Shown in pieces: positions 1-14,783 of a stretch of DNA of 64,000 nt (its first letter is position 1; each line of letters starts with the position of its first letter). The DNA is from Phoronis australis (Eukaryota; Animalia; Phoronida): NCBI GenBank assembly GCA_002633005.1, contig NMRA01000086.1, positions 929,000 to 992,999 of the forward strand, read 5' to 3'. Made by a program: the position numbers and the translations under genes. Below the pieces are notes generated by a model. It saw only the letters and a list, made by a program, of their open reading frames with translations, did no database searches and was not told the origin of the DNA.

Positions 1-409
1 TTGTCGCTTTTAATAATAGACTATGAGTTGAGAGCACCATCGTTCGCCAGTTTTTCTCGCAACGAGACAGAACACATGTTTATTTCCGGACTAACAGTAC
101 AGGTCTTCGTTCTTAAACAACTTGAGGCTGCTGTTACGCGATCATCTGATATTCAAGTTTTTACGTCCCGTCGGTGCTCCTTAATTATGCTCTTGAATAT
201 TTGGAAATTGTCTAAACCTCTGTATACACACCACACTTTTACGTATACGACTTTTTGTATGCTAAAACAGGTGTGTGTAAGCAGATGTTCCAACAAAAAT
301 TTTTGCTGGTGGCGTGACTCATACCCAGATGTGCACAATATGGTTTCACGAAACTTATGTGCCAAGTTCATGTGACGAAATCGAGAAGGGTTTTTAATTA
401 TCTTAAGAA

Positions 410-605
410 AAACTCCAGAGACATGTTAAGTGCCAGAAACTCACCAGGATGCATGGAAATTTCACTATTTGGCTACAAAAACAAACAAATTTCTTACACG
501 GGAAACCCCCCTCCCGACCTCCTCCCGCTCGGCGCCACGCGCCTAGGATTCGACCTTGGCGGGAATCCTAAGCCCCCCCTTGCTGAAAACGTAGATCCGC
601 CACTG
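410..605 (+). mobile_element. MITE family B, right-hand portion (hAT-like TIR ...GTAGATCCGCCACTG)
   Basis: Ends in GAAAACGTAGATCCGCCACTG and shares CCCGACC..CCCGCTCGGCGC.ACGC with the copy at 39876-40091. Left boundary uncertain. Confidence 0.6.
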
Positions 606-867
606 GGAAGTTTAGTTTCCAACTTTGGCTGGTTTATGTTCGTGATGTCTTCAGTCCGGCCGCGACGGGCCTGTCTGTATTTCACGGACGAATAATTTGA
701 ATTTATCACCGAACAGACATCAAACTTCCGCGACCGCGAACGTTGGTAAATTGGCCTACCGAACTTTGTAGGCTACGGTACATGTACATTCAAATACCTA
801 AAAATCTGTAACAGCGAAATAAAATAACTCATTTGTTCAATAACTCGATGTGTTTGTAAACGTTTTA

Positions 868-1139
868 CATAGGTGCACCCACTCAGGGAAAGGGGAGCTC
901 GAACGAGCTCCCAATTTGTCGAATTGGGCAAAAAGGTCCGCCTCAGTGAAGAAAAAGTCCGAGCAAACGACACAAAAGTCCACAAAGGACACAGGAAATC
1001 GGCGCAAATGCGCAATTCGTAGGCCTGAACCTACTGCCCCCAAAGTTTGTTTTTAGTCCTCGTTGATTTTGTTCAGTTAAAGGTTCCCATATCGAGAAAT
1101 TCGAGCTCCCCCTTATATTTTAGGCTGGGTGCGCACATG
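868..1139 (-). mobile_element. MITE family A (~270 bp, TIR CATGCGCGCACCCAG), diverged copy
   Basis: CATAGGTGCACCCAC ... CTGGGTGCGCACATG. Interior is the reverse complement of the 12791 copy. GTTTTA is repeated on both flanks. Confidence 0.8.
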
Positions 1140-3206
1140 GTTTTACATCGAATTTTGATGATTTATTGGTTTAAAACGATAAATTCAAGCGGCAAGCTGA
1201 CACTAGTAAGCGTTTGGTGAACTAGTGAACAGACTGCATTCGAACCACTGACGTCATTGGTTAATTTCAACACCTCCGTATGCCGTCAGGTGTCAGGTAA
1301 AAGAGCTGTATTTGCTGTTATCGAGTGGAACTACTCGATCAAAATTGATACAAACTAAGATGTTTTTGGTGGCATTCTCCTTTAAATAAAGGTTCTTGAT
1401 AAAAGGTCTCAGCGAAGTTCAAATCAGCTGGAGGTCGTCATTGGCATTTGAGGGATTCTTTTCCATGTATAACATACAAAAATCGGTTTAATTGGTGTAT
1501 TTGCATGCTCCTAACTATGCTCATGTATAACAGGAACTGAACGGCAATGTTATTCGAGCATCATCTATGCTAAACAAAGTGCAGTTGTATTAACCGACAA
1601 CTTCTAAAAGTGAAAACAAAAAAATCTGCAAATAGGTGACTTTTGCACTAATGACGTACCTTGGGGGCTCACATAGCCCACACAATGCAGTTTTAGCCCC
1701 CAACACCACGTCACGATACCTACTGGACATGGCTGAGTGCTTTACCGCGGATCATTTTCTACACAAAATTCGTTCTTAAAAACATTAGGCAATTTTCGAC
1801 GTACTTCATATTCATAGTCGCTATATCTTGTGTGTCTATGTAATTTGACCAAGCAATCACAAGGATACGGGAATATAGTTATTAGTTAGTTGAGTTTCCG
1901 GTTCAGAAATATATTATTTGTTTTGTTTTCTGACGCATTTTGCTTAATTAAGAACACAACAAACATGTTCTTGATATTTACTGTTTTCCGAAAAACGCTT
2001 GAAGTTATTAGCTTTGACCAGACTCAGAATACGTTGTTTTTGTTATTTTATTACAAATCACCAATTCATTTTTTTAAGTCTTCACTTCGCACTGATGGGC
2101 AATGTTTGTGTAACTCAGTTCATGGTACTGTAATTAAATAGCATACTACAAGAGAGTCATCACTCACTATTTTGTATTTTGAAAGTTCAACGGGAAATGA
2201 AGTTATGGGCGTTCTCGCTACTGCGCCTTGCATCACCCTGTTCCACGCATTGCCTGCGACTTCAATTGCCGACTCGTCACATAGCGACTCAAGACCGGAT
2301 GAGCGTGGTATTGTTTTAAACCCCAAAGCGCTTCGGTTGAAAATTCAACGTCAAAAGCTAAACAGCGGTGAAAGGCCTTTTCATCTTATCATTTGGAAAT
2401 TTGATAAAGTGGCCTAAATTTTCACTTCGCTCAATAGATGAAGAAATGTCGCACTCGTACGAAAAGAGTTTCAAGACTTTCTTTACCACGGTAGGGTTTA
2501 TTGCTATTGTCACAAAGAACAGTTCAGAGCGTTTCCGAATAAATGAGCTTTTCAAATATCATTGGACTTGCCAGCCCTTCCAAAATGTGACAACTTCAGT
2601 TCAGTAGCAGGTTATTTTTAATGCCAACTGAATGTGAAAAGTAAAATTACTACTGTACACAATTTGTAAAGTGCAAATTGATAGGCATATGCGTATCTGA
2701 GCTTGGATGTTTGGGTGTTCGGGAGGGGTTGCATACGACATAACTTAGCCCGCGTGGAGGCGTAGAAGTGTTTCACCCTTCCCGGCGGTCGCCACCAATT
2801 TCAGCCCCTCCCACTCGTCACCAAATTCATACCCTCGCCACTAATGCCACCCCCTTTCTTAAATGTCTTTTCCGTATTTTTCCTTCAGAAATATTTCTTA
2901 TTTTGCTCGAATTTCTGCACCTTTCCGCCCACGTAGATAGGCCTGGCACTGACGTCTTTGAAAACTATTATTTGGCTTCCTCACCATTTTGGGGCAGAAT
3001 CTTGAGTTTATGTGAGATAACATTTCTAATGATACACGATAACACCATGGACCAAGCCGAGTTCATAATTTGCTTCAACGGGTAGACTGATTGACTGCCA
3101 CTAATTTGACTTATTGGTGTTAATTGCGACTTAGGTTTGATGTAATTAGCGCTGCGGGAGACTAACTAGTCTTTGACTTAATTAAGCCGTAACAAGGGAT
3201 GGTATT

Positions 3207-3520
3207 AATTCCATGACTGCACCTCTAAATTCAAGGTACGATACCTTTAACTCTTATCCCGGACCAGTAGACACCTCACCCGCGGTACATGTCCCCGCCG
3301 GGACCCGCTCCCTTAAACTCTACTCACTCACCATAAATTTCATCCACGGACTAGAAAGGGGCCATGGAATCTATTCCCCGGGTCTTAGTTTGGTCAGTCA
3401 CAGGTTATGGAGCTTTTATGTGTACAGTTTATGGGTGCGGGTTTGGAGATTGGTGTCTGCTGACTCGGGACAAGAGTTTAGGAGGTCTTAGGTTGAAATT
3501 TAGGGGTGTATCGTGGATAA
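3207..3520. mobile_element. Foldback/MITE-like element with ~70-bp imperfect inverted arms
   Basis: Left arm CACCTCTAAATTCAAGG..ACCTTTAACTCTTATCCCGGACCAGTAGACACC matches the reverse complement of right arm GGTGTCTGCTGACTCGGGACAAGAGTTTAGGAGGT..TTGAAATTTAGGGGTG. Confidence 0.6.
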
Positions 3521-3744
3521 ATGGAAGTGTAGCTTACGTCACTCCAGCACGTGCTTGTTACATCTACTTAACAACGCTCAGATTTACAGCGTTCGTAGTG
3601 ACATCTTAGTTACTACCGCCAAAGGGACGTTAAGTTGCATTCAGTAAACGACGACGAGATTGTTAGGAGTGGTTGAAAATGAGTTGATTTTGATTGGATC
3701 TGAATCAGATAGATTCTATTTTTTTATTTATTTAGAGTGTATTA

Positions 3745-3823
3745 CAACCGCCGCAACCACCACCACCACCTTTACCACCACCACCATCACCACCAACCAC
3801 CATCACCTCGGTCACCATCATCA
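3745..3823. repeat. (ACC)n/(ATC)n degenerate microsatellite
   Basis: ACCACCACCACC...CACCATCATCAT visible directly. Confidence 0.8.
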
Positions 3824-5849
3824 TAAGAGCAGTTGTGTTACCGCACATTATTGTCACCATGGTACTCACTATAATTTATGTATTGGACTTTACAAGAGTG
3901 AACTGTAGGCCACGCCATGAAACAATGTTTAAAATATATATTCAGCATTTACCAACCATAGATATTGATGGGACGACTTTCGCTTGATGGTGACAGAATA
4001 ACCGCCGGGGAAGTGTGATCATTTGGCAAGAGTCGTCTGCACTTTCCAGAGAAGGATACCATCAATACTACACTTTGACTTACATCGCATTCATTACTGT
4101 TAGGTGTTAGCTCTTTTTTCTTGCTTTGCTGTAAAAACTTCTGTTCTTGACGTTAATAGGCCGCTGAACTTCAATCAAGGATAATGGTTGTTATATCATT
4201 AATAAACTATTGAGCAATTTTGATGTCATTCATTTTTGATTATCCCTTGAGTAAAAAAACAATGTAAAAACTATGATAATTAACATTAAGTTATTTGAGA
4301 CCTTTTATATTTAACGAGGATATCGATTACTACCCAAGATTGATGAGTGTTTGTTATTCCAATCTTGAGTGAAAGCATTATTTATATAGCGGGGAACGGT
4401 TACATTTCCGAAATGATCCGTCGGATGGCGTTACTGCGGAGAGATCTACACTACTAAATGACGGGGGTGTGCCAGTAAGTCGCTAATAAGTAAAATAAAG
4501 AGTCCAAAGTGAAGGTATATGTAGAAACCACATCTTGAATTCTAGAGTCCAAATGTACTGGCGTTGTTCCATTGTTTATACGTCGCAACTGCTAGCGTTG
4601 GGTAACCTAGGCAGCAATATATTTTTGGAAATCTTATGGAATAACAAATCAGGGCAAGATTGCATAGAACTTACAATCTTATCTGCTGGATATCACTCAC
4701 ATATGCGAATACTACTACAATGTCCTTGTAATCGAATTAATTCTGGTCTGCTGGTCTCACAAAATTAAACTCCTAGAACCTCGGAGGCATCACACCTCCT
4801 TCAAAGGGAAGATGGGTATTGGCGAGAAGCTTCGTCTCTTGCTTTCTCACTAGATTTCGTCTCGTTACCAAACAATCTGTTATATAAAATGCAGCGTATG
4901 CACAAGCTCAGTCTCCCCCGCTCCACTACAGACCTTCGTTGCGCCCGTTTCGGCACCGCCTTGGTCCCAGGTATTGCACCGGCCCCCTATTTGAAATCGA
5001 AGTGTTCTATTTTTTCTCGCTGGCCGTTTTTTCGCAGACGCGGAGGGAGGGTGGCCAGTTTTGTACTGGCCTAGGTGACGTCGGTCGGTCGGCTCAAAGT
5101 CCTGGGTGATGTCACTTCGTCGGCTTAATTTCACTCCCTCCGGCTTCTGTCGCGTAATTCATCGGGCCTGTCGCCGTCAAAATTAATGATGCCTCATTAA
5201 AAAATTTTTACTCTTCCTTGAGTAAACTAAATTATTTACCCGGGTGTTGGAATATTGGCGTTCTTCAGTTATTGTGATGCTAAAATTGCGATGGGCTCTT
5301 TGGGCGCCATTGCGTCACCTATCGGGCCAATTTCCATGTTCTTCAATCAACTGTGGAGGTTGCGTACATGTCATAACAATCGGAAGTGGTTTCATTTCGT
5401 TACAAGTTTTTACTATTTTAATACCAAAAAAAACCAATTCCAGAAAATACTCTAGAGAGATATCGCAAAGTTTTGGAAAATGATGCGTACGTGCGCGTGT
5501 CATGAGATTGCACTGTTTTCAAAACGACGGCACTAGGGTTTTTCTTTGTTACAAAAGGCGGAGAATTACGAAAAATTACGTTTATTAGATTTTGTTTACT
5601 TCTATAAACGGCTGTAACGGGCAATGTGAATGTCAATTCATTCCCAGATTCTGCATGCACCCCTGCAGATTGTTAGCTCTAAGATTCACGACGAGGTGAC
5701 TAGCTGAGCACCCGGGTTGTGTGAAATTTCGGTGTCTAACGGAGCTCTACACACGGCTACCTAGATGTAAGTTGACGACAGTCTTCATACAGCTAGCTGG
5801 CTTTCTACCTCAGTATGTACATTTATGATACAACCTCTTTAAATACATC

Positions 5850-6012
5850 CAGGGGCGGATCCAGGATTTTGAGTTGGGGGGGGGGCACGGCAAATAGAGT
5901 ATTAGCCAGAATTTTGCCCTTCAGACATTCGCACCCCCGAACTGCCAAATGGAAGCTGGGAGAATTTTATGGGGGGCCATGGTCCCCTTGGCCACCCTCT
6001 AAATCCACCATA
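5850..6012 (+). mobile_element. Short hAT-like MITE (CAGGGGCGGATCCAGG...AAATCCACCA)
   Basis: CAGGGGCGGATCCAGGATTTT left end, a G-run, then GGGGGCCATGG.CCCC and a degenerate right TIR. Confidence 0.6.
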
Positions 6013-9000
6013 TACTTTGTGTACTGTACAATATTTTAAATGCATTCATAGTTTTTACTTTAAACTGAAGAATATCTGTTTACTGTAGGGTCAAATGTTC
6101 TGGAAAGAAATTTGTACTGCCTAGGGGAAGAATCCCACAGCCGCACACCTTAATTGCCTACTAAAATCTGACAGGTGACAGAAATTCTGCTTGAAGCTTT
6201 GAACACGGTCTCTTCAAGAAGTATTCCTGTCTCTTGCGATGAATGACTCGATCGGTTCACTCTTAGGTGTAGCTATTTCCCCTCGTCGTTTCCCACTAGC
6301 CGCTACCCGTACAGAAGGGTTATAAGAGCCTGTATTTTTAAAGTTTGGTAGCTAGACACTCATTTTTGACAACATAGGATCTGTCCGAGCAATTTTTCAA
6401 ACATGATGGGTTCTTAAGAAGACAGTCCGAGAATCACCGTGGCTTCGAAAAGGTTTGGCCCTGTGGCCGGGCCGGGAATTAACACCTTACAAAAGTGTTG
6501 TTCTTTCGAAACAAAACTCAACGAAAGGTATAGATTTTCACTGAGCTCCAAACCAACTAGGTACTTTTTGAGTCCACTGTCTAAATGGGTATTCCCACAG
6601 TATTAGATCACCCATCTTTAGGGTCCATTCGGAACACTTCGGGTGTTTTCGTAGTAACAAATTTCTTCTCGGAGCACCTCGGGTATTTTCGTAACCTCAA
6701 CTTTCCATTTGGTGTGAATGTTATCTGCTCGTGTGCGGCGTTAAGTGTTATGGCAAGTCAAGTGAGAATTATAGACTGACTCAAGTTTACAGACGCGTAG
6801 CTTTCACCTCTCAGGGAAGTGAATATTTTCAGTGCATCCTTGAACTTCAGTCATTTTACGGCCAATCCTTTGCCAGTATGAAAGTCACATGACTCGCAGT
6901 GTGGCTGAATCTGAACGTGTGCAGGTTACAGTCACCCCTGAAGAGAAATTTGAAGCTACGGAAATACCCAAGCTGCTCCGAATGGCTTAGGGCCCTTGAT
7001 TGTCGTGCGAGGGCCACACGATCCAACTTTGCAGAAAACGTGAGAGCACTGGAAGGTGACGTTCATGACGGATGGCGGTTAGCTCGGAAATCAGTTGTGG
7101 CCAATTGCGATGTCCCTGGGAGTGAATGTCGGGCGCAAACCGGGGAAGATGTGAATATTGAGAGGCACCTCGAATTACCAGGGCCTTGCTAAATTCTGGT
7201 ATCTTAGTATCCTGGAAAATCTTAATCCGGCTACCTGTCTTCACGTGACGTGACAAGCTCACAACTTTGAGAGTAAACAAATTGCCGGCTGTGATTTCCG
7301 TCATTGATTATTTTCAAGGTTTGCAAGTAACAGGGCTCCGCCTTCCACTGAACACTTGAAGGGGAAACTTAGTTATGATTTAGTTATAAACACTAAAGGT
7401 ACATTATGTCTCTGACTGAATGGCTGTATTATTAATAGGTGACGATTGCTGTCACAGGAACAGGATTGGAACGTTTAGACAATTTGCAACAGTATTCACT
7501 ATACTTGTCTCAAATGAAGACAGTGGGTACACGTGATTGGCTTCGCCAGGTCATCTTCGCCAGATTTCGAAATTCATAACTATTTTGTTATGACCAATGT
7601 CCCAATAGTATTTCAATCATTTGGATATAATTCCTAGTTTGCCGCAAATTCCAGTGTCCAAAGTATAAGATTTTTTTACTGCAGCGCCCAGCACTGAATG
7701 GTGCTGGAAGCAGACAATATCATCTTTGATAAAAGGTCTTTTGGTTCATGTTTTGAGGTGAAACCCTGTTTTTTAACACGGTGAATGATCATTCCAAATT
7801 AAATTGAACCAATAGACGGACCATACTATTTGCTTCAACTGAAACATTTACCAAAGCTAACTCCATTTATTGGAGTTTGAAGTCGGCAATTTCGGCTTGA
7901 CCTAATTGGCCCTTCGTGGAGCTTTAAAGTTTTTTGCTTTTCATGCAAATCCAAAGTTAATATACCTGTACAAAATGAATAAAGAGACTTACTTCCTACA
8001 GAGCTTAGATGTATATAATTCGTTACATTTACATCACTTGCATTCACCTGCACTCAAAAGACATGCAGGCTACTCAGACAATAATCGGTAGCAGCATCAA
8101 CGATTCTTGGTTTCCTCAAAATAAGGCTTCACTACTGCGGTTCATAGGTGAATCTCTTTCGCTTCAATAATTCAACAGTGATTTGAATACCTGTTAATTC
8201 TCACCTTTGAGCAGCACGATTGGCCTTTATGTCAACGGTTTAGTGCTGGTAGTCTTTTCACTGTTTTCATTCTCATTGGACAATAGCTCTGGTGGCCGAG
8301 AACCGTTTCGTTACCTCAGTTTAATTACAGGGGCATGGGAGCCTCCACTCTTGCATAAAGTCATCGCTCAGTTTAGTCGTAGTTTGGGTATTTGAACCCC
8401 TATAAAACCATTTTCGCAAGGGCGAATTTTGACTCTTATTCAAGTCACATCAAAACTCGTCTGTTATCTTTAATGTACGCGGAGTTAACAAAATATCATT
8501 TCGATTTCTACTTGGTTAACACGTATCCAGAGAAAGCGGCAACCAAAATGTTTTTTTTGCAAACGCAATATAGGTAATCTTTTTTCCCTTCAGTTCCCAT
8601 GGACGTTCTCAATAAGAGCGTCCTTTTGTCATAAACTTTTCTTAGATGTGAAAAAATCCCGTGAACGTTCGTTAGACGTCTGATGTCTCTTCTTGTCATC
8701 TCGTCCCAAATCAGGATGCAGATCTGCCTTTTTACCGCCAGCAGAGGAACTTAAAATGACGTGTTTTGTAGTTAAGCTCTGTTTGCCCTTGGAAATCACG
8801 TTCATTCAATAAGATATTCGTCATTTTCCGTACGACGTTATAACGTATAATATAAGTAGTAATGTACACGATAACGTCACACGGAAATAGACGAACTTCG
8901 TATCGACTGAGCGTGATTGCGAACGCTCATTTTAAGTGTCTGACGTGCCTTCTAATCGCACCTCCTATCGGTCTTTTATAGAAATTCAAAACCTTAACGC

Positions 9001-10629
9001 ATTACTGGTACATATCACTATAAAGTGTTCAAACTTTAATTACCAAGGGCCTCGTTGGTTGATGAAAATCTTACTTGAGATGGCAACTTAACGTTTGTTT
9101 GTCATGATGTCGGTCTCAAGGGCACATCTTTCGTGAATACACATACTTTTACGCAGATATGTGAATCTGCTTGGGTAGCTGACGATTGCCCAGTCAGACT
9201 ACGCTCATGCCGGTAAATTCAACTGGCAATTGGGGGTTTCTGCTCGTTTAAATTTTCTAATTACCGCCTAAGTTTTTACGTAAGCCAACATTAGCGTGTT
9301 CGAGAAGACTCCTTTAACTGGAATAATTTCTACGACCCGTATTTAAAAGGGCTGATAACCTTTGCGCTAATTGACAACAAAATTATACGCTAATTCGTGC
9401 TTTATATAATTAAACGATGGCTGAGCTCAGCATTTTTAAGATCAAGTTTATAAAAGTAGGCTGACATAAAAGTTGAGTAGTAATTAGCTGACAAATTGGT
9501 ATATGTATTTGGTATAATTTTCAGAGGTAAACGAATACATGTAGTCGAACACGTTACTTATGTTACGACTAAAGGATCACAACGTGCGCGCGCATTGAAG
9601 CAGTTGCCTACTGGGGATACCTTATGAGCAGTCTTTGCTGCAGGGTAAAATGGAATTTCCTTTTGAAAAAGATCACGCGAGAAAATGTTCAAGAAAAACA
9701 TTTAATCTCTCTTGGAAAAAATAAATGGCCGCAAATATGCAACAACTTTGGCTCAGAACTCCCGGGGAACAGCGTTTGGGAGTCCGAGTTGAACTTTGGA
9801 TGAATTTGCTATTCCGTGTGATTACTGGTTCTGAACGTGCTTTACTCATGTGTTGAATGGAATCCAAGGCAGCAAAGATACAGACTAACCTGAGTGACAC
9901 AATGTAATTACATAATTCCTGAGAAACGTAATAACCACTTTTCTTGTCACCTACTTTGATCTTAATTTTACCGATTCGTCATCCGTATTTTTCGTTTTGT
10001 GTGTCTGTCCTTTTGCCAGCTCGAGGCCGGATACTGCCACGCCGCTGAGAAAGGAACTGACCATAGAACTCTGGTTCTGACTAATTCCAGTCAACTCGGT
10101 GTGCACTCTACGGCATAGCCAACTAGGGTGCATGGTATTTCCAAGAGTAGCTTGGGGACGGAACAATTTTGGATTTAGCTCGAAGGGGGTTTTCCCAAAA
10201 CCAGACCATAGCCTGTTCATTTGGTAGGCTAATAACACTGTCAGGTCGAGGGGTACTCCCCGGAAAGCCGGCTTGGAAGGCGATTTCAAGAACCAGCTCT
10301 TAGCCCAGATCCAGCTTGGATAAACGTTTTTGCATTTTTAACGTTTATTACAAAAATACAATGTATAATAATATTATGCATAATAATAAAAGCTAAGCCC
10401 AGAAAGCACTACATCTGGGCGTCAAAATATTACAAATATACATAAATATGTATGTATGAATGTATGTATGCATGCTTGCATGTACAGTATTTATGTATAT
10501 AATCATGTGTTTTGGTCAGTTGCTTTATAAAGGTTCTGTTGAATGTCGAACTTTGTTCCGAGGATACGAACGAAACGGAACAGAGATTGTTAATAACGAC
10601 AAATGTCGTGTATTCAACCAATTTTGCAT

Positions 10630-10722
10630 ATACATATATATATATATCTACATTACATATACATTACATATACATTATATATACATTACATATAAATTAC
10701 ATATACATTACATATACATATA
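10630..10722. repeat. TACAT/TA-rich simple repeat
   Basis: Repeated TACATTACATA units visible. Confidence 0.8.
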
Positions 10723-10757
10723 TTAACGTTTTTGCATTCGATGTTAGGTACGATAAA

Positions 10758-10842
10758 CAATAACGATAATGATAATGACAATGCTAACACTACTACTACT
10801 TCTACTACTACTAATAATAATAATAATGATAATGATGATGAT

Positions 10843-10902
<60 letters not shown>

Positions 10903-10910
10903 AATAATAA
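10758..10910. repeat. Compound trinucleotide microsatellite (ACT)n(AAT)n(GAT)n(AAC)n
   Basis: Visible directly. It explains the poly-N/poly-L/poly-V ORFs in the ORF track. Confidence 0.95.
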
Positions 10911-12790
10911 CGGCGTCATAAAGATAAGAACTCAATTAAGTTTTCTTCGAATGTCTTTTGTTTTTTTGAGGTAAGATAGTAAAGGTATTGCATCGAAAAC
11001 TGATTTCCCCCAATGAATGACGGATGTAGGAATTACTTTGGAGTCATACAATTTTTTGGCATTGGAACACTAATCGGGGTCCCGATTTATTAAAAAAACG
11101 AGTTATTACTGATTGAAACAAATCGGGCCGCAACGTGTGGCTCGGTTTACATGTGTAACGGCTCGTTTTGGTACAGTTGTACTAAAACGGGTTGTTACAA
11201 TAGGTCATCTCGGTACGGCGCACCATTCGTGAGCCATGCGCGACCAGGCAACGTTACCCGCGGTCATATTGTCCACCCAATAGTAACGCATGCGGTAGAT
11301 GGACCAGTTTCATTTCAACCTATGATCGCCCAAGTAACACATTCTGTTGCAAATTATTAATTAGTATAGTTGGGAAGCACACTCAAACAGATTTCATTAT
11401 TAACACTACTTTAGTCAGTAATTACCAAGAAATTACGCCGCTTTTTACGTATATAAAGAGCAAGACAAACAATATATTAAGCGCAGTATTGGCAAATGTT
11501 TCTATTTGCAACCTCTTGTCTGGCGGTAGGTGTCGCTTTTTGATGGATGGATGGATGATATATTCTGTCATGCCTTGCGCAAAATTAGATCGAAGGCATC
11601 AACTACATCGAGAGGTTAATTAGTCGAGTTCGATTGTGATGATTACATCTTATCGGAATAAGCCAGCATTAATAATTTGTATAGCGATCACAGTTTAAAT
11701 TATATTGCGTGTGCAGTACGGGATATAGTCGAGGCAAGCCGACGGGATGATTGAACACAATGACAAAATGACACGCAGGCCTATTGCATGCTGAAATCTT
11801 AAGAAGAACAAATTTCCAGTCTGAGGTAAGATGACAGTATTGTAGCAGATTGTTGGCCATGAGTGGAAGACAGCTTTGCCGAATTCTGAAAGGTAGATTT
11901 ATGGCGTCAACACCCGGACGTGAGTCCTCGAACTGTTTTTGATTATGATTATCAAATTCCGAACCATTTTTTTCAAATTCTACTCACTATTTTGAACTAT
12001 TTTCCGTTTTATGAGAAGTGTTAGAGACTCGTTCATCTTGAATTTAATTATCTTCCAGTCTTGTCAGCAAGTAATCTGTTGGAGTAGCGAAGGTCGTGTT
12101 TTGACAGACGTGACAAGTTGTTTTGCATTTAAATAGTGACCTATTTTAAATTCTGCTATTTTTACATACACACGTAAAAATAAAGTACTAACAATCACAG
12201 TTCTATCGGAATCACATGCCGCTACTGTACCTCAGGTGGTCCACAACATGGGCTAAGGTTTGTAATAGTTTCATAGCGCTTTTTCTCAGTTATCTGATAA
12301 TGACATGGCGACGTCATTAGAAATACGTGTTCAGTTAGCTATTCAAATGGAAAACATTTCCACCTGATCTGAGTGGTGTTTTTATTTATTAGGGCTCAAT
12401 CTTCTTGCCCTTATGTCAACGTGCGAGAGGTCCATAACTATCTCGCCCACTCAGCCGCAGTGCATCGGTTTTAATGATACTCGACTCGAACAGTGATAAA
12501 TAGAATAATTACATTACAATTCTGCCTTATTGCCTGTAACTTACAGAAAAAAAGAAACTGCAGGCGGTCCGATACCTGAATTTCTTCGGACGTGCGCAGG
12601 CCACATAGGTCGGGTCCATTGCATAAAACACCTGATGTGGACAACATCAGAACCCCAGTCTTACGTTTAGGTAGCCACGCGGCTCTTTCTGAGGTTACAG
12701 AACTTCCTAGCCATGTAAGCCACATTCATCAGCTAATGGTGCTTGACATTTGAACCAAGCTACTGTTCACAGATAGCGCCTCCTACTTCC

Positions 12791-13045
12791 CATGCGCGCA
12801 CCCAGCCTAAAAATGGGGGGGGGGGGCTCGAATTTTTGAGAATGTGGACCTTTTACAAAAAAAAACGGGGTACGTTCAGAGCTAGGAATTTGAAGTGTGC
12901 AGGTAGTTCCTGCCTTTTTAGTGGACTTTTGTCTCTCGTTTTTTACTTTTTCGGACTTTTTTTCTCTGAGGCGGACATTTTTGCCTACTTCGACAAATGG
13001 GGGGGGGGTCATTCGAGCCCTCCGAGCCCCCTGGGTGCGCGCATG
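12791..13045 (+). mobile_element. MITE family A, best-preserved copy, 5-bp TSD CTTCC
   Basis: Perfect 15-bp TIR CATGCGCGCACCCAG / CTGGGTGCGCGCATG, flanked by CTTCC on both sides. Confidence 0.9.
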
Positions 13046-14499
13046 CTTCCAAATGCCAGTCAGCACTGTAACTAACGTAAGAACTGCATGGATTATCTTA
13101 AGAGCAGCTTGAAATAGCTGACTTTCGAAATAGCCGCGTCATATTGAAACTTACTATACCGGTAGAAGGCATCCGGTCTTTGGTCAGTGGACACTGACAG
13201 GCGTTCACCGTCACCTATCATGTAATGCAGACGGGAGGTTCCAACCCTACTGGTATAAACATCGTTTTAATAACATTCCTGCTATTATAATGCCGGCATA
13301 TTTTAACTGCCATGCAGTGGGATGTACTAATTCCTTGCGAAAATCGTCAGGCAAACCTTAGGAAATATAAGTGACGAACAATACTCGTCGGGGGCCAAGT
13401 TCGCCTTCCACAGAACCGTACAGGGAAACGGTGTACAATAATGATTTGAATTATGTTTATATATTGAAACAAAGAAGATTCCTCTTGCACCTGACCATAA
13501 CATATAACATCGAGTTATAGTTTCACAACACTGAATTAAAATGCGCTCACACGGTGGTCAATTAGTTTAATTGCATTTGAAGCCCGGTAACGCAGTATGA
13601 TCTATTCACAATTGATTTCTCAAAACTTTTGCACTCACGAACACTCCTCAGGCATTACAAATTGTATCTACTGAGACAGACTTTGACACTTGTTTCAGTT
13701 TTATATAAACATTGATTAGGGTGAAAATAATTTACTTAATTTGAAACGGACCAATACCGACCACAGACACGGAGGTATTTCACGGCCTCATACTTGGTAT
13801 TAATAGCTTACTTTACGTTATTTACTGCCGGGAACCACTTCTGAAGCATTTCGGGTTCTCGAGGAAATCGAAAAAAACGATATACCCGCTTTCTTCACAG
13901 CTTCATGGTTCGCACTTGTAAGAGGGAACGATACGCCACACCATAGAGGCACACACTAAAGAACCACTGACGTCGCTGAATCGTGTACTCACCTTCCTCA
14001 CAGGTTAACGCGACACCTTTTGACGAGGTGAGATCGACTGTATACGAGGTGATATGTCGATAAAGATCGATTAAACCGGTAACACAAACTAATTAAATCG
14101 GGTGGCATTCTTCTTTAAAGTAATCAAACAACAGGAGGGACTGGGGTTTATTCCTCTGCTTTTAAATTAATGAACCACTAAGTTCTAATTAACTTTCTGT
14201 CCACCAATTGTCAGTCGGGATCAATCGGAAGTCATTTTAGTGCTTTCTTTACTCTAGAGAGCGCCAACATGAAAAGATCCCTATTAATTTTGTTGACTAT
14301 CCTCATGTAATACACTGAAAGACATGACCGTTTATTGTGCAAGTGCGTCCATGCACGTAAATGCAGCTAAATGTATTCGAATTTAGGCGCTATGGTCAAC
14401 ATGCGAGATATTTAAGTAAAACCAGAGAGCAGGTGAGTTAAAATGTATTTGCAGGCGGTCTGATACACGTTGTACCAGACGTGCCCAGGCCGTGCAAGT

Positions 14500-14679
14500 G
14501 GGCCTATTACACTGATCACCTGGAACTAATTTTATGCTTTATTAATATACATGGTTAAAACCGAGCTGAGGAGCTAGAAACCTAACTCAAGGGTTTAGCA
14601 GTGTGACCTGGTGGGACTTGAACCCACGACATCGAGTAAAGAAAGCGGGCACCTATCACACTAAGCCACACTGCCTCCT
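14500..14679 (-). mobile_element. tRNA-derived SINE (SINE2), diverged
   Basis: Minus strand GGAGGCAGTGTGGCTTAGTG (A box) ... GGGTTCAAGTCCC (B box) ACCAGGTCAC ... CCTTGAGTTAGG. 3' limit approximate. Confidence 0.65.
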
Positions 14680-14783
14680 CTCTGTGAGTTAGGATGACAT
14701 GAACGTTTGGTTTTCTCTAGCGGCAAAAATTTCAACACTTTGCTTAAGGATATTTAGGAACTTATTGAGAAGTCTGCGTATTT

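Noticed and set aside
773-1056. Similar short ORFs recurring at 0.8, 12.8, 35.3 and 38.6 kb (and at 47.9/55.5 kb, 61.0/63.0 kb)
   Set aside because: Incidental frames within repeated non-coding MITEs, not a gene family.
4940-4990. snRNA-like (U2/U6) fragment
   Set aside because: Matches are only 8-10 nt and not colinear with either snRNA.
6780-7450. Possible third Penelope/DIRS remnant
   Set aside because: Hints only (GAAAGCTACG-type motifs in inverted orientation). No recognisable protein motif.
8857-8915. ~60-bp segment repeated at 20917-20976 (similarly 5489-5529 vs 37369-37409)
   Set aside because: Real short dispersed repeats, most likely fragments of unclassified transposons. No further structure to support a functional claim.
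10430-10974. Poly-Asn, poly-Leu and poly-Val ORFs
   Set aside because: Translations of microsatellites.
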